Source of the DNA: Octopus sinensis
Taxonomy: Eukaryota
Assembly (NCBI RefSeq): GCF_006345805.1
Contig: NC_043000.1
Coordinates: forward strand, 148,118,001-148,182,000
Direction: 5' to 3'
Length of the DNA: 64,000 nucleotides
Shown: positions 25,984 to 39,739 of the stretch, piece by piece
How positions within the stretch are numbered: the first letter of the stretch is position 1
Layout of the letters: each line of letters starts with the position of its first letter
Notes under the pieces: model-generated
What the model was told of the DNA's origin: nothing
The model's input: only the letters and a program-made list of their open reading frames with translations
The model's database searches: none
Made by a program: the position numbers and the translations under genes

Positions 25984-26356
25984 TTTATCTTTTATCTTTT
26001 ACTACTTGTTTCAGTCATTTGACTGCGGCCATGCTGGAGCACCACCTTCAGTCGAGCAAATCGACCCCGGGACTTATTCTTTGTAAGCCCAGTACTTATT
26101 CTATCGGTCTCTTTTGCCAAACCGCTAAGTGACGGGGACGTAAACATACCAGCATCGGTTGTCAAGCAATGCTAGGAGGACAAAGACACATATATACATA
26201 TATACGACAGGCTTCTTTCAGTTTCCGTCTACCAAATCCACTCACAAGGCATTGGTCGGCCCGGGGCTATAGCAGAAGACACTTGCCCAAGGTGCCATGC
26301 TGTGGGACTGAACCCAGAACCATGTGGTTGGTTAGCAAGCTACTTACCACACAGCC
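25984..26356 (-). mobile_element. SINE family A
   Basis: Reverse family A with a short microsatellite. A family C remnant follows at about 26470-26680. Confidence 0.85.
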
Positions 26357-27190
26357 AAAAATGGTTTCAAACTTTCACTCTCTCTCTCTCTCTTATTCAC
26401 ACATGTGCTGGTGGTGAACCTCTTGTTTGATGATGATGATTCAAATATTTAGTTGATTAAATGATTTGATACCTGTGCCGGTGGCACGTAAAAAGCACCA
26501 ACCAATCGTGGCTGCTGCCAGCCTCCCCTATCTACGTGCTGGTGGCATGTAGAAAGTACCCACTACACTCATGGAGTGGTTGGCATTAGGAAAGGCATCC
26601 AGCTGTAGAAACACTGCCAGATCAGACTGGAGCCTGGAGCCTGGTCCGAAAACGGACATTAAACGATGATAATGATGATGGACTAATGTGTAAGTAACTG
26701 AGAATTCCACAGACAGGTGTACACAACATAATTCTTAGGTAGAATCAATGTGACACAGTGGGTATATACTTGTGTGTGTGTGTGTAATTACAGGTATAAT
26801 TACAGGTATAGTCCATGTGACGGGCTTCCGTGTTGCTTCTGTCTACCCCATTTCACTCAAAAGGTATGCGTTGATTCAAGGCTTACGATAAATGATATTA
26901 AGTGATATCATATGTGACCTTTGCACATGATATCATACTGTGGGAAAGAAACTAAGACCTTGTAGTTGTGAAGTGAACTTTTTAACTGTCCAGCAGTTAC
27001 TATAGCAACATATATATTTATCTGTGTGTGTGTGTGTGTATAAAACAGGCTTATACAAATGACTTGATAAGGTTTATGATTAAGTGTAAGTATTCTTTTC
27101 CTCTGTCAATGGAGTCCTTATTATTTACTGTCACATTATGCAATGGATACTGTAATATGGTTATCAATGAAAAAAAAGTCTATGCATATA

Positions 27191-27239
<49 letters not shown>

Positions 27240-27454
27240 TCACACATTAGTGTGTGTGTTTCTTTATATAAGGATGCAGGCATGGCTGTTTCACATCCAA
27301 GCCATGTGGTTTTTAGATTCAGTCCCACTTTGTGGTACCCTGGGAAGTGTCTTCTACTGTAGCCCAGGCCAACCAATTCCTTGTAAGTGGATTTGATAGA
27401 AAGATGCCCAAGGCTATAGTAGAAAAGACTTGCCCAAGGTGGCATGCCTGTGCC

Positions 27455-27732
<278 letters not shown>

Positions 27733-27869
27733 GATGCATGACTGCTATTGTTTAGAGCTTCATGTATATTTTCCTAATCCAGTCTGCTTTCTGCATAGTT
27801 GTGGATTAGCTACTTTGCTAAGTAGTTTTGATAAGCACAAGTTTACGTTAAAGTTCCTACATGCATTTC

Positions 27870-28770
27870 ATCATGTGTGTCTATGCATAGGGGCTCACCA
27901 AGGATCAGTCTTCAGCCCCTCTTAATCCTCCTGGCAATAACAGAGGAATTCATGATAGGCTGCCCCTGGGAGCTCCTCTTTGCTGATGACCTTGCTCTAA
28001 TAGTTGAGTCACTACCAGAACTAAAGAAGATTCAGGTGTGGAAGCAATGTCTAGAATCAAAGGACCTTAGTGTCAATCTAGCAAAAGCCAATGTCTCAGT
28101 AAGTAGGATGGCAGTCAAATCACAAATCCCTTCAGGTAGATGGCCCTGCTCAATCTGTAGAAAAGGTGTAGGTAGAAACTCCATGTAGTGTAAGCTATGG
28201 ACACAGAAGAGGTGCAACAATATCAAAGGAAGGTTAACTGGGAAGATAGCTTTTGTGTGTGGCAAATGCACAGGTTCAATAAACACTGAAGATATACAGA
28301 AAACAGATTCCATCACATGCCGGAGAGAAAAACTAGAAGTAGTTGATAGCTTCCATTATCTAGGTGACCAAGTCAGTAGTGGGAGTGGATGCTCTGAGAA
28401 TGTAGCTGCTAGAATAAGAATAGCCTGGGCAAAGTTCAGAGAGCTCCTACCTCTGCTGGTTACAAAGGGCCTCTTGCTCAGAGGGAAAGGTAGACTGTAT
28501 GATGCATGTATGCAAACAGCCATACTGCACAGCAGTGAAATATGGGCTGTGACTGCTGAGGACATGTGTTGGCTTGAAAGAAATGAGGCTAGTATGCTCC
28601 ACTGGATGTGTAATGTCAGTGTGCATACATGACAGACAGTAAGCACCCAGAGAGAAAAGTTGAACATAAGAAGCATCAGATGTGGTATGCAAGAGAGACA
28701 ACTGCACTGGTATGGTCATTTATTGCGTATGGATGAGGATAGCCGTGTGAAGAAGTGTCACACCCTAACA
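27870..28770 (+). mobile_element. Degenerate RTE-clade LINE reverse transcriptase fragment
   Basis: ORF pieces give CPWELLFADDLALI (YADD motif), FHYLGD, IRIAWAKFRELLPLL, GRLYDAC, and the RLHWYGH-type C-terminal region. Frameshifts and stops present. Runs into a family C tail at 28771-29065. Confidence 0.9.
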
Positions 28771-29237
28771 GTGGTGGCACGTAAAAAATACTATTTGAGC
28801 ATGGTTGATGCCAGTGCCGCCTGACTGGATCCCATGTCAGTGGCACATAAAAAGCACCATTTGAATGTGGTTGGTGCCAGTGCCACTTGACTGGCCCCTG
28901 TGTCGCTACATTCTTGGAGTAGTTGGCATTAGGAAGGGCATCAAGCTTTAGAAACCTTGCCAGATCAGATTGGAGCCTAGTGCAGCCTTCTGCCTTGCCA
29001 GTCCTCAGTCAAACCGTTCAACCCATGCCAGCATGGAAAGAAGATGTTAAACAATGACGATGATATATGTTAAAGTAATAAGGAAAGACAATCGATTAGG
29101 CAATGCAGGGCAAGGACAAATAGGTAACACACCTATTTCAGCACTCAGAACACATGGCTGTTAGTTTGAGTCTTCCTGATGAAAACTCATCAGCTCTTTC
29201 CCTCTCTCTCTCTCTCCCTCTCTATCTCTTCTATATA

Positions 29238-29457
29238 TACTCTTTACTCTTTTACTTGTTTCAGTCATTTGACTGCGGCCATGCTGGAGCACCGCCTTTA
29301 ATCGAGCAACTTGACCCTGGGACTTATTCTTTTGTAAGCCCAGTACTTATTCTATCGGTCTCCTTCGCCGAACCGCCAAGTAACGGGGACATAAACACAC
29401 CAGCATCGGTTGTCAAGCAATGCTAGGGGACAAACACAGACACACAAACACACACGC

Positions 29458-29488
<31 letters not shown>

Positions 29489-29653
29489 TACGATGGGCTT
29501 CTTTCAGTTTCCGTCTACCAAATCCACTCACAAGGCTTTGGTCGGCCCGGGGCTATAGCAGAAGACACTTGCCCAAGATCCCATGCAATGGGACTGAACC
29601 CGGAACCATGTGGTTGGTTAGCAAGCTACTTACCACACAGCCACACCTGCGCC
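29238..29653 (-). mobile_element. SINE family A
   Basis: Reverse family A. Lies about 560 bp from the oppositely oriented copy at 30213. Confidence 0.88.
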
Positions 29654-29822
29654 TATATATATATATAAAAGTAAAATCTTACTGTGGACAAGGGTGCATG
29701 GCGTTCAATTATAAATAAATATAAAATACATCAAGTATAGGACATCACCAATGAGTGAGAAATATGTAAACACATGAGAGACAAGTATGGGACAAAATAC
29801 CACAAGAAGTCTATTTATATAC

Positions 29823-29890
<68 letters not shown>

Positions 29891-30212
29891 GTATATATAT
29901 AAATGTATCTCTGTCATTCAACAATGTCTCAATTGTTCAATGACTCAGATTACCTGTTCCTGAATTAATGTGTTTGTGACTGAGCATACCAGACACACAT
30001 ACCTTTGATTTAATTATCATGCAGAACCAGCATAACACAGTGTGTGACAAAGCTATATGGTTATATCTTTTCAATTATAGGTACATCCAACAGACTTCCA
30101 CTAAATTTCCATTTATATCCTTTCCCTCACAAAAATGGATTAACTCAAGGCTATAGAAAATGACATATGACTTTATCAACTTAGTAAAAAAAAAACAACT
30201 TTTTTATGTGTA

Positions 30213-30378
30213 GGCGCAGGTGTGGCTGTGTGGTAAGTAGCTTGCTAACCAACCACATGGTTCCGGGTTCAGTCCCACTGCGTGGCATCTTGGGCAAGTG
30301 TCTTCTTCTATAGCCCCGGGCCGACCAATGCCTTGTGAGTGGATTTGGTAGACGGAAACTGAAAGAAGCCTGTCGTAT

Positions 30379-30410
<32 letters not shown>

Positions 30411-30612
30411 TTGTCCCCCTAGCATTGCTTGACAAACGATGCTGGTGTGTTTACGTCCCCGTCACTTAGCGGTTCGGCAAAAAGAGACCGATAGAATAAG
30501 TACTGGGCTTACAAAAAGAATAAGTCCCGGGGTCGAGTTGCTCGACTAAAGGCGGTGCTCCAGCATGGCCGCAGTCAAATGACTGAAACAAGTAAAAGAG
30601 TAAAGAGAGAGT
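30213..30612 (+). mobile_element. SINE family A, full length
   Basis: ggcgcaggtgtggctgtgtgg ... gtaaaagagtaaagagag. Confidence 0.9.
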
Positions 30613-31519
30613 AGAGTATAGTCATTCATTTACAGCTGTGAAAAATAGAAATGGGGAAATTCAGAATAGTAATAGCAGGAAGATTTAGCTTTGGATAATC
30701 ACCATCATCATTGCCAGCAGCAGCGGCACCATCATTGTCATTAATTTACATTAGCTTTCCATGCTAGTATCAGTTGGATGGGTTGTCATTATCTATGTCA
30801 GTTTAGAGATACTGCTCTACCAGAGAGATTGGACGATACATCTTGTCTATGACCTTCTTAACATTTACCACTTTACAGAGTATACTGGAAGAATTTCTAT
30901 TGTGGCATCAGCACCAGAGAGGTTGTCATGTTTTTTGACAGAACTAAAGTGCCCTCTTGAGTCCATACTTTAGAGAGTGTATCGTGCATATGTATATATA
31001 TCGTGTATGTATATATATACATATGTGTGTGTGTGTATATGTATATATATACACAAGATAAGAAAATGGAGAAATACATCTAAATCATTTCTCCATTTTC
31101 TTAGCTTGTATTAGTAATTTGTGGTAAATCATTTTACCTTTGCCCATATAATACAGTAAATGAATTAATTGCATCACAATCATTAACATTTATGTATTAA
31201 CTTTGTTGGGTACTTCACTAGAAGTATATTGGATATATGTTATCCCATGAAGGGTTGCATTTACAACCCCTATCTCAGTTTGTATATATATGTGTGTGTG
31301 TGTGCATGTATGTATGTATATGTATGTGTGTGTGAAGCATGACTGTCACCACTACTACATGAACCTGAAGATTGCTTAATTTAATGCATGAAAGTACTAG
31401 TTCAATCAGAATGAACATTTAACATTCTATTATTTTATTTTATTTTATTATATTATCTTATATTATATCATAAGATTGTAAATAAAATGTGAAAATCAGA
31501 CATGGTTGGAATTCCTTTT

Positions 31520-31523
31520 ATTA

Positions 31524-31561
<38 letters not shown>

Positions 31562-31986
31562 ATGTATGTGTATATATATATATATATGTGTGTGTGTGCA
31601 TGTATATATATATGTATGTGTAATATATATATATATATATATATAATATATGTGTGTGTGGTGTGCATGTATATATATATATGTGTGTGTGGTGTGTGTG
31701 CATGTATATATATATATGTGTGGTGTGTGTGTGCATGTATATATATGTGTGTGTGTATGTATATATATATATATGTGTGTGTGTGTGTATGTATATATAT
31801 ATATATATGTGCATGTATATATATATGTGTGTGTATGTATGTGTATATATATATATGTGTGTGTGTGCATGTATATATATGTGTGTGTGTGTGTGTGTGC
31901 ATGTATATATATATGTGTGTGTGTGCATGTATATATATATGTGTGTGTGTATGTATATATATATATATATGTGTGGTGTGTGTGTG

Positions 31987-32022
<36 letters not shown>

Positions 32023-32094
32023 CATGTATATATATGTGTGTGTGTGTATGTATATATGTATATATATATGTGTATTTATATATGTATATGTACT

Positions 32095-32127
<33 letters not shown>

Positions 32128-32157
32128 CACACACACACACATATGTGTGTATGTATA
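31520..32157. repeat. Long compound (TA)/(TG)/(CA) microsatellite mosaic
   Basis: About 640 bp of alternating purine-pyrimidine; gives stop-free ORFs in several frames. Confidence 0.95.
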
Positions 32158-32807
32158 TTACCAAGATTATCAAGGTTGCAAAACCTAACAATCGCTTTTA
32201 CTGAACTGTGTACCTGTTGCACGTAAATTCTATTTTCTCTACTACCTTGCTTTAGATTCAACTGCATCTTTTGCTCAACAGTAGTTTAAGATGAGTATAC
32301 CCTATGGAATTCCTATCTACTTCTTTTTCGTGCATATTGAACATGGTTCAGCCTCCCTGATGGAGGCAAGATCCCAACATATTTCCTGCTTGCTAATACT
32401 TTAATCTTTATTAACTTAACTTGAGTCTTCTTAATTCTATGTTTTGCTTCCACATCTGAAATTTCTTCTCTTATTACATGACTGATTCAGCATAAAACTA
32501 GGTCGTCAGTGTAAAGAAGTTCCCATGGAAAGCTGATGTTTTATAGCTTGGAGGACAATGACAGAGGAGTTATAATAAATTAATATATTTTTAATTTGTG
32601 ATGCCATCTATGTAATGAATAATAGCTAAATAGGTGACACCATATTTAACGCTTGAAGTGTCCAGAACTCAAGTATGATTAAATATGCAGTGGGAGAAAA
32701 CTAATATTAGTTAATGACTAATTTTATTTCTATTTCACAAATATTGGATATCAGAAATACTAAATTTCTAAATCTCTCGTAGAGACATGTACGGTGGTGG
32801 GGTGATA

Positions 32808-33062
32808 GAATGGTTGTATACTGTCAATCTAACACAAACGTGACAGTAGTGGGGGTACACCACCGCTGTTTAGCCCTAGGAAGCATCGACGCCTCCTGAT
32901 GGCTTTGACACATTTTTCCTGTGTCCTTTGTAAATGTATATAAGGATACAGGAAAAATGTGTCAAAGCCATCAGGAGGCGTCGATGCTTCCTAGGGCTAA
33001 ACAGCGGTGGTGTACCCCCACTACTGTCACGTTTGTGTTAGATTGACAGTATACAACCATTC
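32808..33062. repeat. Near-perfect inverted repeat, 121-bp arms with 13-nt spacer
   Basis: Left arm 32808-32928, right arm 32942-33062; a single difference (G 32923 opposite T 32947). Confidence 0.95.
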
Positions 33063-33086
33063 AAATATTGAATACTTTTCTAGATA

Positions 33087-33497
33087 CTCTTACTCTTTAG
33101 TCTTTTACTTGTTTCAGTCATTTGACTGTGGCCTTGCTGGAGCACCACCTTTAGTCGACCAAATCGACCCCAGGACATATTCTTTGTAAGCCTGGTACTT
33201 ATTCTATCGGTCTCTTTTGCCGAACCGCTAAGTTACAGGGACATAAACTCACCAGTATTGGTTGTCAAGCGATGTTGGGCGGGACAAACACAGACACACA
33301 AACACACACACGCATATATATATATATACATATATATGATGGGCTTCTTTCAGTTTCCGTCTACCAAATCCACTCACAAGGCTTTGGTCGGCCCGAGGCT
33401 ATAGTAGAAGACACTTGCCCAAGGTGCCACGCAGTGGGACTGAACCCGGAACCATGTGGTTGGTAAGCAAGCTACTTACCACACAGCCACTCCTGCG
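33087..33497 (-). mobile_element. SINE family A
   Basis: Reverse family A, starting about 25 bp after the inverted repeat. Confidence 0.87.
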
Positions 33498-33698
33498 TTT
33501 CAGCTTTCTTAGAAATATAGTCCTAGTTTCATTTTTGTTTGCTAAAGTGCTAGCAAATAGAGCAGTAAATAAATCTACTGAAATGTATATATGTGGTGGT
33601 AGGTATTAAATAATTCTGAGGTAGTATCTGCATAATAAATAAGTACTATTGCTGAGAATGCCTTAACAACATAGAAACCTGTCTAGTAACCTTTTATA

Positions 33699-34081
33699 TC
33701 TTTATATATAAAAGTCAAGTTGTGTGTCTGTCTACTCCGATTTAGATTCCTAACTACTCCCACATTTTGCGGTGCAGTTTAACCAAAACTGGGTATCTTA
33801 TAGTCGTGATTCATATCGAGCCCTTCTGGGTATTAGCGCGCGTCTACGATGAGTCTACGATTTTAAAAATAATTTACCATCATTTTTTTCCATTTTAATG
33901 CATATTTTTTAAATATAAGGGAAGTAACTCTCTAAAAATGTCTACGATGAGTCAACGATTTAAAAAAAAATTTACCATCATATTTTTTCCATTTTTAATG
34001 CATTTTTGGGCTATAACTCTCTAAAAATGCTTTATAGTTATTTCCCTTACAAACCCGAGCAACGCCGGGCGATACTGCTAG
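33699..34081 (+). mobile_element. Non-autonomous Helitron, subfamily 2
   Basis: A|TCTTTATATATAAAA ... CCCGAGCAACGCCGGGC gatactg CTAG|T. Carries an internal ~95-bp duplication starting gtctacgatgagtc. Confidence 0.82.
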
Positions 34082-35548
34082 TTTTTTATAAAAAATTGAA
34101 GCTATAATATTCTTCTTCAGCTAATATTATTTTTCTGATTACAGGGTGGTGAATGGGCATAGTTGTTTCAGCATAGGATAGAATACCTTGCAGTTTTTGT
34201 TCCAAGTCTCTATGCTCTGAGTTCAAATCCTGCTGAGGACACTATGTCTTTCATCCTTTCAGGGATCAACAAAGTCTGGCTTGTTGGGAGGGTTGGCAAA
34301 AGTTTTAGAGTATTGGGTCATTGAACGAGATGCCTTGCAGTATCTGTATTGGTTCTGTGCATTCTAAGTTCGAATCTCATCTGTCACTAGAAAAAAGCAA
34401 GGTAGCACCCCTCTTATCAGGAGTTAGAACAGATAATATTAGTAATGGAAAAAAACAAACCTTGTTTCTTTGGTTTGACTGGAAGATTGATTGCCACCAT
34501 GACCACCACCTTTCATTGCGTATTCTGTCCTACTTTTTATTTTTTAATGTACCAAGAATCGAATAAGCTTCTACTCACCTATTTCTATTACTTTTGCCTT
34601 ACCTCCTTTTGGGATTAATGATATCAGGCACAATGGATTGGGAGAAATGTTAGTATCAGATGAGATTCCTTGCTGTATCTCATCAGGCACTTTCTATTCT
34701 AAGTTTAAATTTCATCAAAACACCAATAACCGGGGCTTATCACTTAGTTAGAGGAGCACCCCATCCAGCCTGCAAATGGCCATCATGGATAAAGTGGCAA
34801 TGGCCACTTTATCTGAGATTCTCACTCACAAATGGTCTGATAATGACTGAATGGAATGGGTAGGAAATGAATGAATGTATGTGTGTGTGTGTGTGTGGTG
34901 TTCTTTATAGTGAAAACCTCCATCTTAATCATTTCCATCTCACTTCTCTCATCACATTAGCCCTCTAACAACTCCTTATAGTTATGACCTGTCTTCATCT
35001 ACCCTCTCATCTCTCCTCTTGTCTTTTCTCTCTTACCTCTTCTTTCTCCTGCCCCCTTCTTCCTTTTCTGTCTCCTTCATTCATCTATATTTTCTTCCTT
35101 CGTACTTCTCTTGCATCCCTCTCATCATCATCATCATCATTTAATGTCTGTTTTTCCATACTTGCAAGGGTTAGACAACTTGACAGGAGCTGACAGGCCA
35201 GGTAGCTGTCCAGGCGCCAACTGTGGCATGGTTTCTATGACTGGATCCCCTTCCTAATGTGAACCACTCCAGAGTATGCTGAGTGCTTTTTTTCATGCCT
35301 CTGACATGAGTGCATTTTATGTAGAACTGGCACCTATAAAGAACAAGCCTGTATGTATGGATGGATGACAGTGATTTCATCATGTTCAGTCACCTTAATT
35401 TGACTTCTATTTGTCCCCCTGTCTCCCTTCTCATCATACATTGACCAAAATGGTGTCTCTTCAGATTCTACCAACCTGTATTCCTTTCCATTTAAAACAA
35501 TACTCCACTCTCTTGGTGTCACTTGAACCTCGTTTATTTCTCTTCCAG

Positions 35549-35643
35549 CTGTATCATATGCCAACAAGACACTCTGTGACACATTGTATGAAGTTTATGA
35601 AGATGACTGGGAAGACCAGAAAACCTTCCACAGTCATTTAGAG
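35549..35643 (+). CDS. Amph: Amphiphysin/BIN1 coding exon (95 nt; (A)VSYANKTLCDTLYEVYEDDWEDQKTFHSHLE)
   Basis: Acceptor tttctcttccag, donor GAG|gtaagt. Carries the family EVYExxW motif. The phase-1 start completes the codon left by the previous exon. Confidence 0.95.
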
Positions 35644-37591
35644 GTAAGTATTCACTTTATTTAAGTACAATGATAGTTAAATTAGGGTTTCTTCCTGAAG
35701 GTTTGATGTTTTGTTGTTCTGACTTCAAATCCTGTCTGCCGTTCATTGTTATTATGAAATACATCCCTGCTACACACACACACATGCACATGTATATTAT
35801 GCTTCTATAATTTGTCACAAAATTTTTAATCTCAGAAAGAGTTAAGGCTTGCTCCCAAAATATATTTTCTTGTAGTTCTTTAGAAAATTTAAAAGGAAAA
35901 AAAATGTTTGAGGATTTTAGTAAGTTCATCAGTCCATCCATTCTCGCAGGTGAAATAAACATGCATGCTTTCTCTCGTTTGCACAAATTTGCTTACACAA
36001 ACACATTATGTGAAATCTGCAATTAAGAAAAGTTTATTTTGAAGAAGCTGATAAAGATCACCACCATTGTTTTAACGTCAATTTTTCAATGCTTGCATAG
36101 GTCACATGAAACTGTTGATGCAGAGAGTTTTGAGGCTAGATGTTTTTTCTGATACCAATCCTCATGTGTTTTCAAGCTAGGATAGCTATTATTTATTAGG
36201 AGCAGGTAATGCATTTTGTGTAGTGTATACTTTAAATAGTGAGAGGATAGAGATAATTTGCTAAGACAGTTTATTTGGAAGAATGTAAAAGAGAGTAGAA
36301 ACATTGCATTGTTAGAGACATATTGAAATCTTTACATAACACTTATAGATCAACATGAAAATGTAAGATTAGTTAACCCCTAAGTTTTATGACAATGTTA
36401 CCAAAAGCAGAATAGTGTAGAAGAAACCACTTTTACATACATTTTGTGTACTGTTGTTGATTGAACAGGTTTGTTATTGGGACTGGAGTAGAACAAGGTT
36501 TTCTGTAGCTAGGTAAAATTTATAGTGTTAGGCAAACTGGTTCTACTCCTTTATCAAATTGAATAGAATGAAATAAATTCCCTTGACCCATATAATGCTA
36601 TGCATTTTTCCATGCTGGCATGGGTTAGATGGTTTAGTTGGAGATGGTAAGCCAGAGAGCTGCACAAGACTCTAGTCTGTTTTAGCTTGGTTTCTATGGC
36701 TGGACACCCTTCCTAACACCAACCGCTCCACAGAGTGTACTGGGTGCCTTTTACATGTCACCTGCATGGGTGCCGTTTGTGTCACCGGCACAGGTGCCAT
36801 TCACATGTCAGAATCAAATAATCAGATCCAACATATAAACCATTAATTCTTTTTTTCTTTTTTTTTTTATTTTGCTACGTAGAAGGCCATATTTTTACAG
36901 GAGAAGGTTAGTTGTGTGTGTATCTGTATATGTGTGTATTACTAGAACTTGTTTTATTGACTCTGGTGAAGTTGAAACCAAAGTTGGCCTTAATGAGATT
37001 TGAATTCAGAATGTAGAGCAATAAAACTAAATACTATAAATGATTTAGATTCAATGTTTTACCTGTTCACTACTTCATCATCTATTAAATTTTATACCTG
37101 TGGTTTACAAGCCACCCAAGTCTGTTTGCATCATTTTTGAGTCACCTTTTCCTCTTTCTTATTCATTTTGATAAATGTATCTAAATCTCTCTCTCTCTCA
37201 TTAAACAGAACTAAATATATTTATGACAACTTCTTGACTAATAATCTATTTGTGTATCAAAAGTGAAAGGAAAATAACTTTAGGAAAATGTCATATCATT
37301 AATTATATAATTTAATGCAACTTAGTGTAATAACCTCATTAATTCTAAATGTTTACAACTATTAGTATTAAGCTTCCTTTTTTTATGACTTGGCTCTCTT
37401 TTTTAGCACAACAAAATAAATGCTTGAATCTCAGTTGTATACATACCATTTATATTACAGAGATCTGATGAAACATATTTAATTATTGTTTAATTACTTT
37501 GTGTTTAAATGATATAAATTGAGGTGGGGGTGGAATAATAGATGTTCTAACACCCTTAATTAACAACAAATATCAATCATAAATAATCACA

Positions 37592-37900
37592 CCCAGCACC
37601 GCCCCGTTTCGTGTCCGTTGCCAGCCTCGCCTGGCCCTCGTGCCGGTGGCACATAAAAAGCACCATCCGTTCGTGGCCGTTTGCCAGCTCTGTCTGGCAC
37701 CAGTGCGGGTGGCACGTAAAAAGCACCCACTACACTCACGGAGTGGTTGGCGTTAGGAAGGGCATCCAGCCGTAGAAACACTGCCAGATTTGACTGGGCC
37801 TGATGAAGCCTTCTGGCTTCCCAGACCCCAGTAGAACCGTCCAACCCATGCTAGCATGGAAAACGGACGCTAAACGACGATGATGATGATGATGATGATG
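37592..37900 (+). mobile_element. Family C RTE 3' UTR remnant
   Basis: Core motif and (GAT)n tail; very similar to 15175-15450. Confidence 0.82.
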
Positions 37901-38269
37901 ACAGGATAGCTGCAAACACCATGAGGTGTTTTGTGTTGTGTTTATATGATTGTAGTGTTGGATCCATTCAAATGTATAAAAAAAAAATACAGAAAAGAAA
38001 GGAAAAAAAGGGAACCCCCCCCCCAGTTTTCAGAGATGAAATACTAGTTCACCTATCATGTGAGCATTTGAATAAAGAAGCACAAGTTAGATCGAAGAGT
38101 ACACTTAAATGAAACAAGGGAACCCTCCCCCCCCCACCTAAAAACACAACCATTTTATAAAGATTGAAGGGAGATCAAGAATAAAGACTAATTGAAGGTG
38201 TCCTAAAAACTCAAAGTGATTATCTGATACAATATATCACAATTAGTAAACACTAGCTCCACTTTTGTT

Positions 38270-38530
38270 CTTACTACTACTACTACCACCACTACTACTG
38301 CTGGTGCTGCTACTACTATTACTACTACTGCAGCTGCAGGTGCTGTTGTTGCTGCAGCTACTGCAGCTGCTGGTGGTACTACTACTACTATTGCGACAGC
38401 TCCTGCAGTTGCTGCTGCTGCTGCTACTACTACTATTACTACTACTACTATTACCACCACCACCACCACCATTACTACTACTACTACTACTACTACTGTC
38501 ATAGCAGCAACAGCTGTCATAACTATGACA
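38270..38530. repeat. Mosaic trinucleotide repeat (TAC/TGC/CAC)
   Basis: Direct inspection; gives the poly-L and poly-V ORFs. Confidence 0.9.
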
Positions 38531-38866
38531 ATGACATAATGTTACACAAGCAGATCAATCATTCATTGTATTCTGTAAAATCAATCAGGAATTGCTACTA
38601 GACAAATTCAGTGATCAAAACTTAATGGAAAACGATGTGTCTGTATACATCTACACACACACATACACACACACACACAATCATCATCCACTTCAATCAT
38701 CACCATTGTTTTAATATCCACTTTTCCATGCTTGCGTGGGTTGGATAGAATTCGCTGTGGCAGATTTTCTACAGCTGGGTGCCCTTTCTGTTGCCAAACC
38801 TTACCTGTTTCCAAACAAGGTAGTATTTCTCCATGACTAGATATGTTTTCATGGAATGCTGTTTTT

Positions 38867-39066
38867 GGCACCTGTGTCGGTGGCACATAAAAAGCACCCA
38901 CTACACTCACAGAGTGGTTGGCGTTATGAAGGGCATCCAGCTGTAGAAACTCTGCCAGATCTGACTGGCCTGGTGCAGCCTTCGGGCTTCCCAGACCCCA
39001 GTTGAACCGTCCAACCCATGCTAGCATGGAAAGTGGACGTTAAACGATGATGATGATGATGATGAT
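38867..39066 (+). mobile_element. Family C RTE 3' UTR remnant, short form
   Basis: ggcacctgtgtcggtggcacataaaaagcacccac ... ggacgttaaacgatgatg. Confidence 0.82.
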
Positions 39067-39263
39067 AATCACTCACATGACATTGGTCAGCTCAGAGGGA
39101 ATAGTAGAAGACACTTGCTCAAGGTACTACGCAGTTGGTCTGAATGCAAAACTATCTGGCATCTGGATGTGAAGCAAACATCTTAACTATATCTGCTTCT
39201 GATTCATATTTGAATTTTTTCTGTGGTATAAAATGTCAGAACATGCCAACAGATATTATTTAA

Positions 39264-39499
39264 ACCTATTTCTTTATTACCCACAAGGGGCTAGACACAG
39301 AGGAGATAAACAAGGACAGACATAGGTATTAAGTCGATTACATCGACTCCAGTGCGTAACTGGTACTTAATTTATCGACCCCGAAATGAGGAAAGGCAAA
39401 GTCGACCTCGGCGGAATTTGAACTCACAACGTAACGCAGACGAAATACCGCTAAGCATTTCGCTCAGCGTGCTAACATTTCTGCCAGCTCACCGCCTTA
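39264..39499 (-). mobile_element. SINE family B monomer, full length
   Basis: acctatttctttattacccacaagggg ... ctgccagctcaccgcctta. Confidence 0.82.
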
Positions 39500-39739
39500 A
39501 ACCATTTAGCATATAGTCATAGCTGATGATATGGCTTGTAGTAAGCCTTGTTCAGCATGTGGCATTGATAAGTCAAAAAAATGATGAAACATCGATGTCT
39601 GTCACTCTAAGAAACAGCCTTATGTGAGTTGTCTTGCTTGGTTGTGACTTACTTTCAGGCATTTTTTACACCAGGTGCAAGGATTTTTGTGGATGGAGTT
39701 CTGATTTTAGAGTTAGCAGTGGCCTCTTATTACATAATA

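Noticed and set aside
29160-29200. CTGATGA motif in a small hairpin, possible hammerhead ribozyme
   Set aside because: CTGATGA is paired with its own inverse (ctgatga-aaac-tcatcag), and no GAAA core or cleavage triplet follows in the required geometry on either strand.
31468-32226. Longest ORFs in the track (184-231 aa) in several frames
   Set aside because: Translations of a TA/TG/CA microsatellite. The same applies to 27164-27755, 41444-41715 and 23409-23850.
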